Below, piece after piece: positions 24,867 to 38,000 of a stretch of DNA of 64,000 nt. The stretch lies in contig NW_026867515.1 of NCBI RefSeq assembly GCF_020745735.1, positions 1,020,774-1,084,773 of the forward strand, given 5' to 3'. This DNA is from Hemiscyllium ocellatum (Eukaryota). A model generated the notes under the pieces. It saw only the letters and a program-made list of their open reading frames with translations, searched no databases and was not told the DNA's origin. Position numbers and translations under genes: made by a program. How positions within the stretch are numbered: position 1 is the first letter of the stretch; every line of letters starts with the position of its first letter.

Positions 24867-25168
24867 AAACAGTATAGTGTTAACCACACAGCTCTGTGTC
24901 TGGAGTCACTGTAGGCTGGACTAGGTAAAGGATGCAGCTGGATGACTGAATGAATCCTTTCCCACAATGGCAGTTTCCTTCTCTAAAAAGAGCATGCGTG
25001 AATCAGATGGGGCCCCCCACCCCAAAAACGGTTTCACTATCAGATTCTGAACTCCAGATTTCGGACCGAATTCCAATTCCGTGATCTGCCATGGGCTGGA
25101 TTCAAACTCAGAAGTCCCCGGAACTGGGTTGATAGTCCAGTCCCTAATGGCACTCGATTGTTGCTCCT

Positions 25169-26053
25169 TCAATCACCCTGCGATGGCACGTGAACTCGTT
25201 GGTGCCTCCGCAGGTGGGAGGAGCAGATGAAGGCCTTCCCACACTCCGTGCAGCTGAAGGGCTTCTCCCCAGTGTGGATCCGCTGGTGGGTCTGGAGATT
25301 GGAGGAATCGCTGAACCCCTTCCTGCACTCAGGACAGCTGAAGGGCCACTCCCCTGTGTGAAGCCGCTGGTGTCTCAGCAGGATGGAGGAATTGCTGAAG
25401 GCCTTCCCGCACTCGGTGCAGGGGAATGGCCTCTCCCCCATATGGATCCGCCGGTGGGTCAGCAGAGTGGTGGAATTGCTGAAGGCCTTCCTGCACTCGG
25501 GGCAGCTGAAGGGTTTCTCCCCAGTGTGGAGACGCTGGTGCTTCCACAAGTTGCTCACCTGACTAAATCCCCTCCCGCACTTGGGACAGGTGAATGGCCT
25601 CTCCCGTGTGTGGACCCGCTGGTGAGTCAGCAGGTGGGAGGAATTGCTGAAGGCCTTCCCACACTCGGGGCAGCTGTAGGGCCTCTCCCCCGTGTGGACC
25701 CGCCAGTGGGTCAGCAGGTCAGAGGAATGTCTGAACGCCTTCTTGCACTCGGAGCAAGAAAACGGCCTCTCACCAGTGTGGAGTCGCCTGTGGGTCTGGA
25801 GGTTGAAGGAATTGCTGAAGGCCTTCCCGCACTCGGGACATGGGAATGGCCTCTCCCCTGTGTGGACCCGCTGGTGAGTCCGCAGGGCAGAGGCCTGGGT
25901 AAAGCCCTTCCCACACTCAGGGCAGCTGAAGGGCCTTTCTCTGGTGTGACTGCGCCGATGAGTCTCCAGGGCAGACGGGACACGGAAGCCTTTCCCACAG
26001 TTACCACATTTCCACGGTTTCTCCACAGGGCGGGATTCCTCAGGTTTCTCCAT
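25169..26053 (-). CDS. C2H2 zinc-finger protein, 10 fingers, 294 aa, no effector domain
   Basis: gccATGGAGAAACCT start, ten CxxC..HxxxH fingers with TGERPF/TGEKPF linkers, acceptor ttttacag before 26424, and AATAAA at 24283-24278. Confidence 0.9.
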   Translation of the reverse strand: MEKPEESRPVEKPWKCGNCGKGFRVPSALETHRRSHTRERPFSCPECGKGFTQASALRTHQRVHTGERPFPCPECGKAFSNSFNLQTHRRLHTGERPFSCSECKKAFRHSSDLLTHWRVHTGERPYSCPECGKAFSNSSHLLTHQRVHTRERPFTCPKCGRGFSQVSNLWKHQRLHTGEKPFSCPECRKAFSNSTTLLTHRRIHMGERPFPCTECGKAFSNSSILLRHQRLHTGEWPFSCPECRKGFSDSSNLQTHQRIHTGEKPFSCTECGKAFICSSHLRRHQRVHVPSQGD

Positions 26054-27386
26054 GGCCGAAGCTTCAACCGCACACAATCGTGTGTAGAGCCCCTTCGCAC
26101 AGTGATTTCCTCTTAACAGGTGGTATAACTGTTACACACTCCACACTCAGTGCACTGCAACAGTAGGTCTCTCATCCAGTCCCACTGATACTGGAAATGT
26201 ACTCAAACAGGAACCAAAAAGCTTTGCCCCTTCCCACAGAATCACAGTCAAAAATGGATTGAGTGACCGTCAGACATTGACACCAAACTGAGGACTGCTG
26301 ACTCTGGAGAGTCACTGTCAAAAAGTACAGCACTGGAAAAGCACAGAGATCAGGCAGCGTCCGAGGAGCAGGAGAGTTGACGTTACAGTCGATTTTGAAA
26401 CTTCTGTCTTCAGATCTTCAAACGCTGTAAAATGAGAATATAAAAGTCATCACTGTCAGTCCAGGGTAGAAATTCAGAACAAGTAATTCTGCTTTCTGGA
26501 GAACATTCTTTTCTTTTATTATTCCACAAAATTGAAAGCGCCATCCCATTCTCTCTCTCCCCCTCTGTTCTCACTCCATTTTAACTAATTCTCCTGAAGA
26601 TGCTGATTCAGGATTTTACAGGGGCAGAAAAGCAAAAACGTCAATACTTATCTCTCTGAAACTCCACCTGAAAGTTAATATCTTTCATGTCATTGGCATA
26701 ATGCTGAGAGTGAACAGGTCTGATTTGGAAAGCAAAACAATGTGTACCAATTCAGGATGAACCTGCAATGCAGCTTCTTGAGGAACAACCTCAAGAAATG
26801 GTTAATGTCCCCGGGAAGGGGAGCAGAATGAGACATCAAGGTATTAACACCAACACCAGAGAGAGAAACTGAACATACAGACGTGGCAAACGTTAGTGGA
26901 AAGCCAGTCACAGAGATATACACACAGAAACAGACACAGGCACTCCAGTCAAAATCTTCTGTGCTGACCAGATATCCTAAATTAATCTAGACACATTTGC
27001 CAGCAGTTGTTCCCTGTCCCTCTGACCCGTTCGTATTGATACACCCGCCAGATGCCTTTTAAATGCTGTAATTGTACCAGCCTCCACTACTTTCTCTGGC
27101 AGGTCATTCCGTACACACTTTCACCATCCTCCCACCTACCTTATCGTGAAAAAGTTGCCTCCTTAGGTCTCGATTAAATCTCCACGCCCCCTCCCCCGCC
27201 GCTCTCACCCTAAACCAATCACCCTCTAGTTCTGGACTCCCCCACCCCAAGGGAAAGACGCTATCTATGCTCCTCATGATTTTATAAAAGTCTATCAGGT
27301 TACCCCTCAGATTCTGGCGCGGGCTGGGGAAAACAGCCCCAGGCTATCCTTCCGTCCCTCCTCACCCGGGCAATGAAGACACATAC

Positions 27387-27780
27387 CTGAGTTTGCAGAG
27401 TCTGCTCCCTCCCTGGATTCACTCCAGTTGCTACCAGTGAACAGAGTGTCTCCCGCTTAGATTGAAGAGTTGTCCAGCGAAAGGGTTTTACTCTGAAAGA
27501 GCGGAGCCACTTCCGCGTTGTGACGTCATCGATGGGTCGAGGCGGCGGAGGGAGAGACAGGAAGGGGAGGAGCGAGCAGCGCGGAGAGGGGCGGGCGACA
27601 GGGCGACTGGGTGGAGCGAGAGGCGGAGAGCGGCCGGGACAGTGGGAGGAGCAAGTGACGAGGGACGGTCTCCGAGACGAAGGGGCGGGGCGAACGGCGG
27701 GTCCGCACTGCGCCTGCTCCGCATTGAGGCCCGCGCTGCGTTGCACAGTTTGCAAAAATTCTTTCCTTTCAGAGAATCCG
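27387..27780 (-). promoter_or_regulatory. CpG-island promoter and first exon of the minus-strand ZNF
   Basis: Perfect CRE TGACGTCA at 27521-27528, adjacent ETS cacttccg, GC boxes, and donor cag|gtatgt at 27387. Confidence 0.7.
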
Positions 27781-28684
27781 CACAATGTAGAAGCAGGTTA
27801 CCCGGCCCAATGGGACCACACCGACCTCCGAAGGGTAACCCACCCACATCCATTCCCTTTTCCCTCCTGCCCGATATTTACCCCCCGATTAGACCTCACC
27901 TGCACATACCTGGGCACTATGGGTAACAACATGGCGAATCCACCCTAATCTGCACATCCCTGGAGCCCATGGGGCAATTTATCACGGCCAATCCACCCTC
28001 ACCCTTCACAGATTAACTGCACTCCGGGAAAAACATTGCTCCTCCTCATCCCCACCTTAAATCTACTCCCCCTAATTTTATGGCCGAGTCTCATCCACTA
28101 GCAGAAACTACTCGACAGGGCAGGGAGCTGGTGAGCTTGCGTCTGGATGGTATGCTCTTCAGAGGGGTTGAATGGCCTACTTCCACACTGTAGGGATTGA
28201 ATGATTCACTGCAGTCGTGTTTGCCCCGGATCACAGTGCGCAGAACCTCCCATCTTCCACCTTCCACCAAATCAAAAGACAAGTCTCACCCTCCGCTCTC
28301 GTATGTGTTATCTGTCTGCTTGATCGTTTCCAGTGAATACGGCCCAAATCCCGCTGCTGTCAGTAAACTTTAAAATGCTCAGGAAACAATGCAATACCTG
28401 CGGTACTGAAAACCGTCAGGTTTCTAATGATAACAGTGACTGATTCACTCCTTCTGATGTACAGCAGTGGAAATACAATGTTGGAGGCTGAAAGAAATGA
28501 GCAGTTTAAAACAAGAACCCACCTAACCCTTCACTCAGTTCCCCACTCAGCACACTGTACTTACTGCCGGTAAACCTTAAAGCACTTCATCCCCACAGTG
28601 CAGTGAATTCCCACTTTCCACTAAAATTCTGGATGTACTCATTCACTCAGTTGCTGTCCCACAAATTAAAGATTTCACTGTAAC

Positions 28685-30973
28685 TTGTTCTGTGCAACGA
28701 ACCAGAATTGATCAGGGACCTCGAAGTGAAGGAACCATTGGGAAGTCGTGACCATAACACAATTTGAGAGGGAGAGGGTACAATCGAAAGTGACAATATT
28801 TCTGTTGAATAAAGGGAACTATGGAGCTATGAGGAGTGGGCTGGCCAAAGTTCAATGGTGCAATACCTTAGCAGGGTTGGCAGTGGAGGAACAATGGCAG
28901 ACATTTCTGTGTATAATGCAGAAGATGCAGGACCAGTTCATTCCAAAATGGAAGAAAGATCCTAGGAGGAAGCATGGGTGACTGTGGCTGACGAGGGAAG
29001 TTAAGAAACATATGAAGTTAAAAGAGGAAAAGTATAACATAGCAAAGATAAATGGGAAAACGGAGAACTGGGAAGCTTTTAAAGAACAACAGAGGATTAC
29101 TAAGAAGGAAATACATAGAGAAAAAATGAGGTACGAAGGTAAACTGGCCAAAAATATAAAGGAGGATTGTAAAAGCTTTTTTAGGTATGTGAAAGGCAAA
29201 AAAAATGGTTAGGACTAAAATTGGGCCCTTGAAGACAGAAACAGGGGAATATATAATGGGGAACAAAGAAATGGCAGAAGAATTGAATTGGTACTTCAGA
29301 TCTGTGTTCACTGGGGAAGACATAAGCAATCTCCCTGAGGTAACAGTGGCTGAAGGAACTGATCTTAAGGGAATTTATATTTGCCAGGAATTGGTGTTGG
29401 AGAGACTGTTAGGTCTGAAGGTTGATAGGTCCCTGGGCCCTGATGGTCTACATCCCAGGGGACTGAAGGAGCTGGCTCGAGCAATCGTGGATGCGTTGGT
29501 GATTATGTTCCAGAGTTCGATAGATTTGGGATCAGTTCCTGCGGATTGGAGGGTGGCTAATGTTGTACCACGTTTTAAGAAAGGTGGGAGAGAGAAAGCA
29601 GGAAATTATAGAACAGTTAATCTGACCTCAGTGGGAAAGATGCTAGAGTCTATTGTAAAGGATGAAATTACGACACATCTGGATAGTAGTAACAGAGTCA
29701 GCATGGATTTATGAAGGGGAAATCACGCTTGACTAATCTTCTGGAATTTTTTGAGGATGTAACTCTGAAGATGGACGAGGGAGATCCATTAGATGTAGTG
29801 TACCTGGACTTTCAGAAAGCTTTTGATCAAGTCCCACATAGGAGGTTAGTGAGCAAAATTAGGGCACATGGTATTGGGGGCAAAGTACGAACTTGGATTG
29901 AAAGTTGGTTGGCTAACAGGAAACAGAGTAGTGAAAAACGGTTCCATTTTGGAATGGCAGGCAGTGACCAGTGGGGTACCGCAGGGATCAGTGCTGGGAC
30001 TGCAGCTTTTCATAATATATATTAATGATATAGAAGATGGTGTTAATAATAACATTAGCAAATTTGCTGATAATACTAAGCTGGGTGGCAGGGTGAAATG
30101 TGATGAGGATGTTAGGAGATTGCAGGGTGACCTGGACAGGTTAGGTGAGTGGTCAGATGCATAGCAGATGCAGTTTAATGTGGATAAATGTATGGTTATC
30201 CACTTTGGTGGCAAGAACAGGAAGGCAGATTATGACCTAAATGGTAAAGGGGCAGTACAAAGAGATCTGGGTGTTCTTGTACACCAGTCAATGAAGGTAA
30301 GCATGCAGGTACAGCAGGTAGTGAAGAAGGCTAATAGCATGCTGGTCTTCATAACAAGAGGATTGAGTATAGAAGCAAAGAGGTTCTTCTGCAGCTGTAC
30401 AGGGCCCTGGTGAGACCACACCTGGAGTACTGTGTGCAGTTCTGGTCTCCAAATTTGAGGAAAAACATTCTGGCTATTGAGGGAGTGCAGCATAGGTTCA
30501 CAAAGTCAATTCCTGGAATGGCGGGACTACCTTTCACTGAAAGACTGGAGCGACTGAGCTTGTATACCCCTGCGTTTAGAAGACTGAGATGGGATCTGAT
30601 TGAGACATATAAGAGTATTAAAGGATTGGACACTCTGGAGGCAGAAAACCTGTTTCCACTGATGGGTGAGTGCCGAACCAGAGGACGCAGCTTAAAAATA
30701 CAGGGTAGACCATTTAGGACAGAGATGAGGAGAAACATCTTCACCCAGAGAGTGGTGGCTGTGTGGAATGCTGTGCCCCAGTAGGCAGTGGAGGCCCAGT
30801 CTCTGGATTCACTTCAGAAAGAGTTGGATAGAGCTCTCAAGGATAATGGAATCAAGGGTTATGGAGATAAGGCAGGAACAGGATACTGATTAAGGATGAT
30901 CAGCCATGATCATATTGAATGGTGGTGCAGGCTCGAAGGGCAGAATGCCTACTCCCGCACCTATTGTCTATTG
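28685..30973 (+). mobile_element. CR1-clade LINE, 2.3 kb, best-preserved copy, with 3' tail
   Basis: Successive ORF2 pieces ([53 protein letters not shown]) and a ctattgtctattg tail. Confidence 0.92.
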
Positions 30974-33129
30974 CTCCCAGTAAGGGCAAAACATCTTTGA
31001 AAGCTGCTCTGAAAGTGCTCTGACTCTTCTGCTTTCAGCAAAGCTGATTAGAGTTATAAAGCATGGAAACAGACCCTTCGGCCCAGTTTGTCATGCAAAC
31101 CAAATATCCTAAGTTAACCTAGTCACATTTGGCCCATAACCCTCTAAATCCTTCCTATTCATGTACCTATCCAGATGCCTTTTAATGTTGTCATTATCTG
31201 GTAGTTTGTTACACACATGCACCATCCTCTGCATGAAAACCTTGCCGGCCACGTCCCTTTTAAATCATTCCCCTCTCACCTCAAACATATGCCCTCTAGT
31301 TTTGGACACCCCTACCCTGGGGAAAAGTGCTTGGGTATTTACCCTATCCATGCCCCTCATAAACATCTATAAGATCACCCCACAGCCTCCAATTCTCCAT
31401 GGAAAATATCCCTAGCCTCTTCAGCCTCTCGCTGTAGGTCACAAGCATGGCAACAGCCTTGTAAATCTTCCCCAACCACTTCCAAAGTTTCACAATCTTT
31501 TTGCTATAGCAGGGAGACCAGAACTGAACACAGTATTCCAAAAGTGGCTGAAACAATGTCTTATACAGCTGCAAAATGCAACACCTCTCATTTCTCTAAA
31601 TTAAACTCCATCTGCCACTCCTTGACCCATTGGCCCACCTGAACAATTCTAATTTATAATGAACTCTCTTTCCTCTCTTATTCCGTAGAAGCTGAAACTC
31701 CCTATCCCACATACTCTCTTTCCATTTGCTGAACCTAATCCCTGCTGTACCTCATCCTGAAGGGTCTGCTTCATGCTGACCAACAGGCCCACACTCAGGA
31801 GAGATCTAATTGAAACACAGAATACTGAATGGCCTGGACACAGTGGATGTTGGGACGATGTTTATGTTGGTAGGAGAGACTCGGGCCCGAGGGCATAGCC
31901 TCAGAGTAAATAGAAGGCCTTTTAGAACATAGATAAACATAAAACTCTTCAACCATATAGTGGTGAATCTATGGAATTCATTGCCACAGAAGGTTGCAGA
32001 GGCGAGGTCACTGAGTATATTTAAGACTGAGACATATGTTCTTGAGTACGAAGGGGATTGAGGGTTATGGAGAGAAAGCAAGAGAATGGGATTGAGAAAC
32101 CTATGAGCCACAATTGAATGGTATGAGCAGACTTGATGGGCTGAATGGGCTACTTTCTGCTCCTATGTCTTCTCGTCTCTTGCTGTCCTGGACACAGTAA
32201 GAGAACTGGGAACAGAAGACGGCCATTTGGTCTTTCGAGCCTGCACCAGCATTGAACAGATCATAACTGGATGTGAATCTAACTACATCTAAGTGGATAG
32301 GCTGGGACTTTTTCACTGGAACACAGCAGGTTGCGACGTGACCTTATAGAGGTTTATAAAATCATGAAGGGTATAGATGAGGTGAACGGTGGGTCTCCTT
32401 TCTCTAAGGTGGTTTAGGATTAGGGAGCAAAGTTTGACGGTAAGTGGAGAAAGATTTCAAAAAGACATGAGGGGCACCAGTTTTTTTTTTAAAAAACACA
32501 GAGCGTGGTTTGTGTGTGGAATAAATGTCCAGAGGAAGGATGCAGGTACCGTAACAACGTTTCAACGTTACATTCACACATCATTCCTGATGAAGGGCTT
32601 ATGCCCAAAACATCAACTCTCCTACTCGTTGAATGCTGCCTGACCTGCAGTGCTTTTCCAGTGCCACACTTTGACTCTGATCTCCAGCATCTGCAGTCCT
32701 CACTTGCTCCACATCCCAATACATCACCATTTAAACAATACACCTCCTTTCTGCTTTTTTTTCACAACAGATGCTATACTTTTACATTGTGGTACTACAT
32801 TTGCCATGTGTTTGTCAATTGTGGACTTATCTACATTGGGGAGGCTTGGGGAACAGTTCACCGAGCATCATACCTGGGCCCACAGAGGTCGGCTGGACCT
32901 CCCAGTCACCAGCCATTTTAATTCCCCTTCCCAGTCCCTTTCTGACATAACCATCTTTGGCCTCCTCCCTTACCACAATGAATCAAACTGCAAATTGGAG
33001 GAACAACATTTCGTCTTCTGTCCAGGCTGCGTAGAGTTGGGAGGACTCAACATTGGGGAACTCAACTTCAAATAAGCTCCCTATCTTTCTAGCTCCTCCT
33101 TCTCCCTGCCACCAACCAGATTCCTTCCT

Positions 33130-33730
33130 CTCATTGATGGGGGCTAGAGGATGGGGCTGGGGAGGACAGAAATAGAATGGATGGGGACTGGGGAGAATAG
33201 AGAGAGAATGGACGGGGGCTGGGTGTAGCTGTGGAGATCAGAGAGAGAGAATGGACAGGAGGGTAGAGGGTGAGGGAGAATAGAAGGACTTTGGGGGGGG
33301 TTGAGAAAGGCCTGCAGAGCAGAGCATGGGGGATCCAGAGAATGCGGGTAAGGGTCTGAGAGGGAGAGTGTGGGGATAGAGTGTTGGGGAGAGGGCAGGA
33401 GAGAGAATGGTGTGGGGTGCAGAATACGAGGACAGACAGAGAATGGACGGGGGACAGAGGGTGTTTGGAAAGAGGGAATGAGTGGCAAGGAGAGGGTGGG
33501 GGCGGTGGAAGAATGGGCAGCAGAGAGTTGGTGGAGAGAGAGAATAGACAGGGAACAGAGAGATGGAGAGTGGAGGGTGAGGGGAGAGAGAGAGGATGGA
33601 TGGGGGGGCAGAGGGTGGGGAGAGGGAAATGGACATGGGGCACTGTGGGTGGTAGGGTGGGAATGGACAGGAGGAGCTGTGGATTGACAGGGGGTGCCGA
33701 GGGTGGTGGGGGAACGGAGAGGAGGTGCTA
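33130..33730 (+). repeat. Purine-rich (G/A) low-complexity degenerate repeat
   Basis: Recurrent gagagaatgga/gggg units with strong strand asymmetry. Confidence 0.85.
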
Positions 33731-34479
33731 TGGGTAGCAAAAAGACAATCTTTTTATGCAGAGGGTGGTGTGTGTGTGTGGAACAAGCTGCCAAGGAAGT
33801 GGTGGAGATGGGTACAATTACAATATTTAAAAGGCACCTGGGAGGGATATGGGCCAAAGGCTGGAACTTGGGACTGGGTCAGCTTGGGACATCTGGTCAG
33901 CATGGATGAGTTGAACCAAAGGATCTGTTTCCGTGCAGTGTGTCTCTAGATGTCTATAAATCTATGATTGAAACCTCACCTTTTTACTGATAATCTTCCT
34001 GCTGGACTTTTGTAGTGCACCCAGTTTCAGGAGATTTGTGGTGGGTACAAGTGGCACATGTCCCCTATCATGGGAATTCTGGAAAATATAAAGGGGCTGT
34101 TAAAAGTACTTCAACTTTGGGAACACGGGGTCTCGTGGAAGCAGGGCATTTGACAAGCCTTTTCAGAGAAATTCTCTCCAACTGGTGGACTATAGACAGT
34201 TTTCCCATGGAATATTACACAGATATTAAGAATGTTACCTTCTGGAAAACATTTTCCTGAAAAATGCAGAAGAATTCAGCTTGCTAACGTGAAACAAATG
34301 TTGGAGAGAAAGGAAACTGCCAAGATCAAAAGGCTGACGAATGTCAACATTTATCAGATTGTTTCGAGAACAGAAAACCTGCACTGGAGACACCCTGAAG
34401 AGGGTCGTCTCATACCTATTCCTTCAATTAGTTTTCTATGTCTTAATTGTTAAGTCATACCTAGCACATGGAAAGATGA

Positions 34480-35430
34480 CTATGGTTTGTAAAGGTCAGT
34501 CATCGCGGCTTCTGGACAACATTGCAGGAGTTCGTAGGCCGAACCATCTTCATCAATGACCTTCCTCCATCATAAGTTCAGAAGTGGCGATGTCACAATA
34601 ATTGCAGATGTTCAGCACTATAAACAACTCCTCACAAACTGAAGCAGTTCTGTTAGAAATGCTACAAGATCTTAACCAAATCCAATGGGTGGTGAGTGGC
34701 AAGTAACATAATGCCACGCAAATGTCACACAATGACTCATCTCCAAAAGAGATAATCTGACCACTGACCTGTGATATCAACACTGTTACTGTCACTAAAT
34801 ACCCCACGATCAACATCCTTGGGGTTTACAATTGAATAGAAACTCAACTAAATGATCCATACATACAGAGTGGCTACAAGAGCAGGTCAGAGGCCAGAAA
34901 TATTGCAGTGAGTAACTCATCTCCTGACTCTCCAAAACGTGTTCCAACTTTTACAAGCCACAAGTCAGCAGAGTATTCCATTACTCCCCACTAGCTTGGA
35001 TGGGATTCCAGCTTCAATTGTATTTGAAACGCTTCATACCGTCCAGGTCAATGTTGCCTGCTTGATTGGTACCATATCCACTGTGCAGAAGCAGTAGTGT
35101 GTAGTATCTACAAGACGCACTGCAAAAATTTACCAAAGCACCTTACAAGTTGCCTTTCAAACTAACAACCACTTCCATATAGAAGAACCAGGAGAACAGA
35201 TACATGGGAACACAAACTCTTGCAAGTACCCCTCCAAGCCACTCACCATCTTGACTTGGAACTGTATTACTGTTCCTTCAGTGTCACTGGTCCAAATCCT
35301 GGAATTCCTTCTCTCAAGACGTTGTGGGTCACCATACAGGATGTGGACTACAACGGTTCAAAAAGGCAGCTCACCACCACATTCTCAAGGAGAACCAAAT
35401 GCTGGCCAGCCAGTGACGCCCATGTACTAG
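34480..35430 (+). mobile_element. Old non-LTR retrotransposon 3' fragment (clade uncertain)
   Basis: Decayed RT C-terminal segments (aacatccttggggtt, gtggctacaagagcaggtcagagg, tacaagccacaagtcag). Confidence 0.5.
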
Positions 35431-35764
35431 AAGTAGATTTTAATAAATTATTGAAACAGAGGGTTGGAATCTGCAAACTAAAAAAAATCAATGTTAAGAA
35501 GGGTCCGATGGAGAGCATTGATTCGGTGCTTATTTGAGAACAGAGAAAGAGCGAATTGGAACTAGAGTTTAGAGTTCAACAGCTGTAGTGTTCCACTCAA
35601 TATATAAATCTAAAATCGATTAAACATTTTCCCCCTGACGTGTACTTCATTAACAAGTGACTGCGACAGTTAAGAAGGCATATGGGATACTGGATTTCAT
35701 GACATTAATGGCACCTTCCATTCCCACGATGCCATGCGATGGAGAAACCTCTCTATGGGGCCCT

Positions 35765-36270
35765 GGCAGTGCGCATGCGTGCGGTGAAGCAACGTTACTG
35801 AGTGTGGGAGAGGAATGGCGCCGGCGGCTGAAGGAACAAGAACAGAAACCGCTGGAAAAGCTGAGCAGGTCCGGCAGCTCGTGTTGAGAGAAATGTGAGG
35901 ACGTGTTTCGGGTCCGGGGATCCTTCTTCAGAACAGGACCAGGTTTCAGAAACATCCCGGGGAGGTCGCCAGGTCCGAGCGCCAAGACCTGGCTCCTGCC
36001 CCCGGGGAGAGGAGACAGTGAGACAGGGTAGGATTGGGAACCGCGGGAGGAGGGAGACTGGGGAGTTTATAAACTCCTAGGGGGAGGCCGCAGGCCGCGA
36101 ATAAAAGCCCCACAGGCCCAGTGTTTGCTTCACCGGGGAAGGAGCTCTCGGGTTGCCCGGGCAACAGGGCGCCATCATTGTAAGGATAAGGCGCATGTTG
36201 ACTTGGGGCGGGGAGCGCGGGCGGCCATCTTGGTGAGGGCACCATCAACCGTCACTTCCGGGAGAGAAAT
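35765..36270 (+). promoter_or_regulatory. CpG-rich promoter and first exon of the ZNF at 39395
   Basis: NRF1 site tgcgcatgcg near 35770, the same leader cassette as 10404 and 60924, YY1 gccatctt and ETS cacttccgg. Confidence 0.65.
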
Positions 36271-36599
36271 GACAGTTGGTGTCATTCAACTAGAATGTCC
36301 TCATTTCACTCTGAGAGACCTGGCCCTGAGCCTGGTCTGTGTGTCATTAACACAGGAAAAGGGAGTGGGAGGGAGAGAGAGAGAGATCTGGAATGATACG
36401 GCTGTGAATTTGAGGTGAATGAATCTGATCATTTGTGGCGCTGGAACAGAAACTGGGTCCTTCCAAGATCGCAGTGACCAGGAGAGCATTGATGTGCTGA
36501 TGTTATTTTCAGTTTGTAGACTGGGAAAAGAGAACACCAGGAGTGGAGGAAAGTCATGATGAAGATGGATTTGAAATTCTCTTCAGGAGGAGGGATAAC

Positions 36600-38000
36600 T
36601 TGAGCCAGCACCCGGCCCATATCCCTCCAAACCCTTCCTGTTCATATACCCATCCAGATGCCTTTTAAATGTTGCAATTGCACTAGCCTCCTCCACTTCC
36701 TCCGGCAGCTCATTCCATACACTTACCACTCTCTGTGTGAAAAAGTTGCCCCTTAGGTCTCCTTTAAAATTTTCCCATCCCATCCTAAACCTATGTTCTG
36801 TAGTTATCAACTCCCCCACCCCAGGGAGGAGACTTTGTCTATTTATTCTATCCATGCACCTCATCATTTGATGAACCTTTATAAGGTCACCTCTTAGCGT
36901 CCAACTCTCCATGGAAAACCGCCAGCCTGTTTAACTTCTCCCTATAGCTCAAATCCCTCAACCCTGGCATAATCCTTGTAAATCTTTTCTGAACCCTTTC
37001 AAGGTTCATACATCTTCTGATAGGAAGGAGACCAGAATTGCATGCAATATTCCAGAAGTGACCTAACCAATGTCATGTACAGCCGCAACATGACCTCCCA
37101 ACTCCTGTACTCAATACTCTGACCAATAAAGGAAAGCATACCAAACACCTTCTTCACTATCCTATCTATTTGCGACTCTACTTTCACGGAGCTATGAACC
37201 TGCACTCCAAGGTCACTTTGTTCAGCAACACTCCGTAGGACCTTACCATTAAATAGTTCTGCTAAGATTAGCTCAAGATTTGCCAATTGCATGACCTTGG
37301 ACCATAGTTTGGGGTGTGGGTTACCAGCACCGGGTTTGTAAACTTTTAATCCCATCAATTTCCCAACACCATTTCCCCACAACTACTCATTTCCTTCAGT
37401 CCTGCTCTCAATGGACCTTGTGTTCCCCAACATTTTGGGGATGTTACCTGTGTCCTCCTTTGTGATCATAGAAGCAACATATGTGGTTAATTGGTCTGCC
37501 ATCTCTTTGTTCCACATGAGAACTTTGCCTGTTCTAGTTGTTATTGTTTTCTCTAATCTTTTTTTGTCTTCACATACCCATTTTTGCCTTTTGATCAATC
37601 TTTTTGTTGAAACCTGAATTGCTGCCAGTCTTCAGATCTGCTACTTTATTTTTAGTCAATTTGTACGCCACTCCTTTGGATCTAGTCCTATCCATCATGT
37701 CCCTTGTTAGCCGTGGCTGTGCCACCTTCTGTGTTTTATTTTTTCAGACAGGAATGGACAACTGTTGCAGTTCCTCCAGGTGCTCTTTAAATGTTTGTCA
37801 TTTCTTTCAATAATGTTCCCTCATTTGTTGTGGCCTGTTTGTGCCTCTGCTGTTGTAATTTCCTTGCTTTAGATTTAAGTCCCCAGTCACAGAATCACCT
37901 CTGTTCCTCTCCATTTTAATGGAAAGTTCTCTCACTCAGTTCTACACTCTTCTGCAGGAGACCTCTTACAGCTACATGGCCATTTATTCCCTTCTCATGA
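36600..38000 (-). mobile_element. CR1-clade LINE fragments (intronic)
   Basis: LVRSLLEYCMQFWSP and NFFTQRVVSVWNELPEEV. Confidence 0.85.

Noticed and set aside
24620-24876. TSD for the 24.6-kb palindrome
   Set aside because: Only cagtat (6 bp) is shared on both sides, which is too weak to call.
25190-26116. 308-aa antisense ORF and similar ones (52869-53342, 63121-63975)
   Set aside because: These are shadow ORFs on the opposite strand of repetitive zinc-finger codons.
33131-33857. Pro/Ser/Leu-rich ORFs
   Set aside because: They are artefacts of a low-complexity purine tract.
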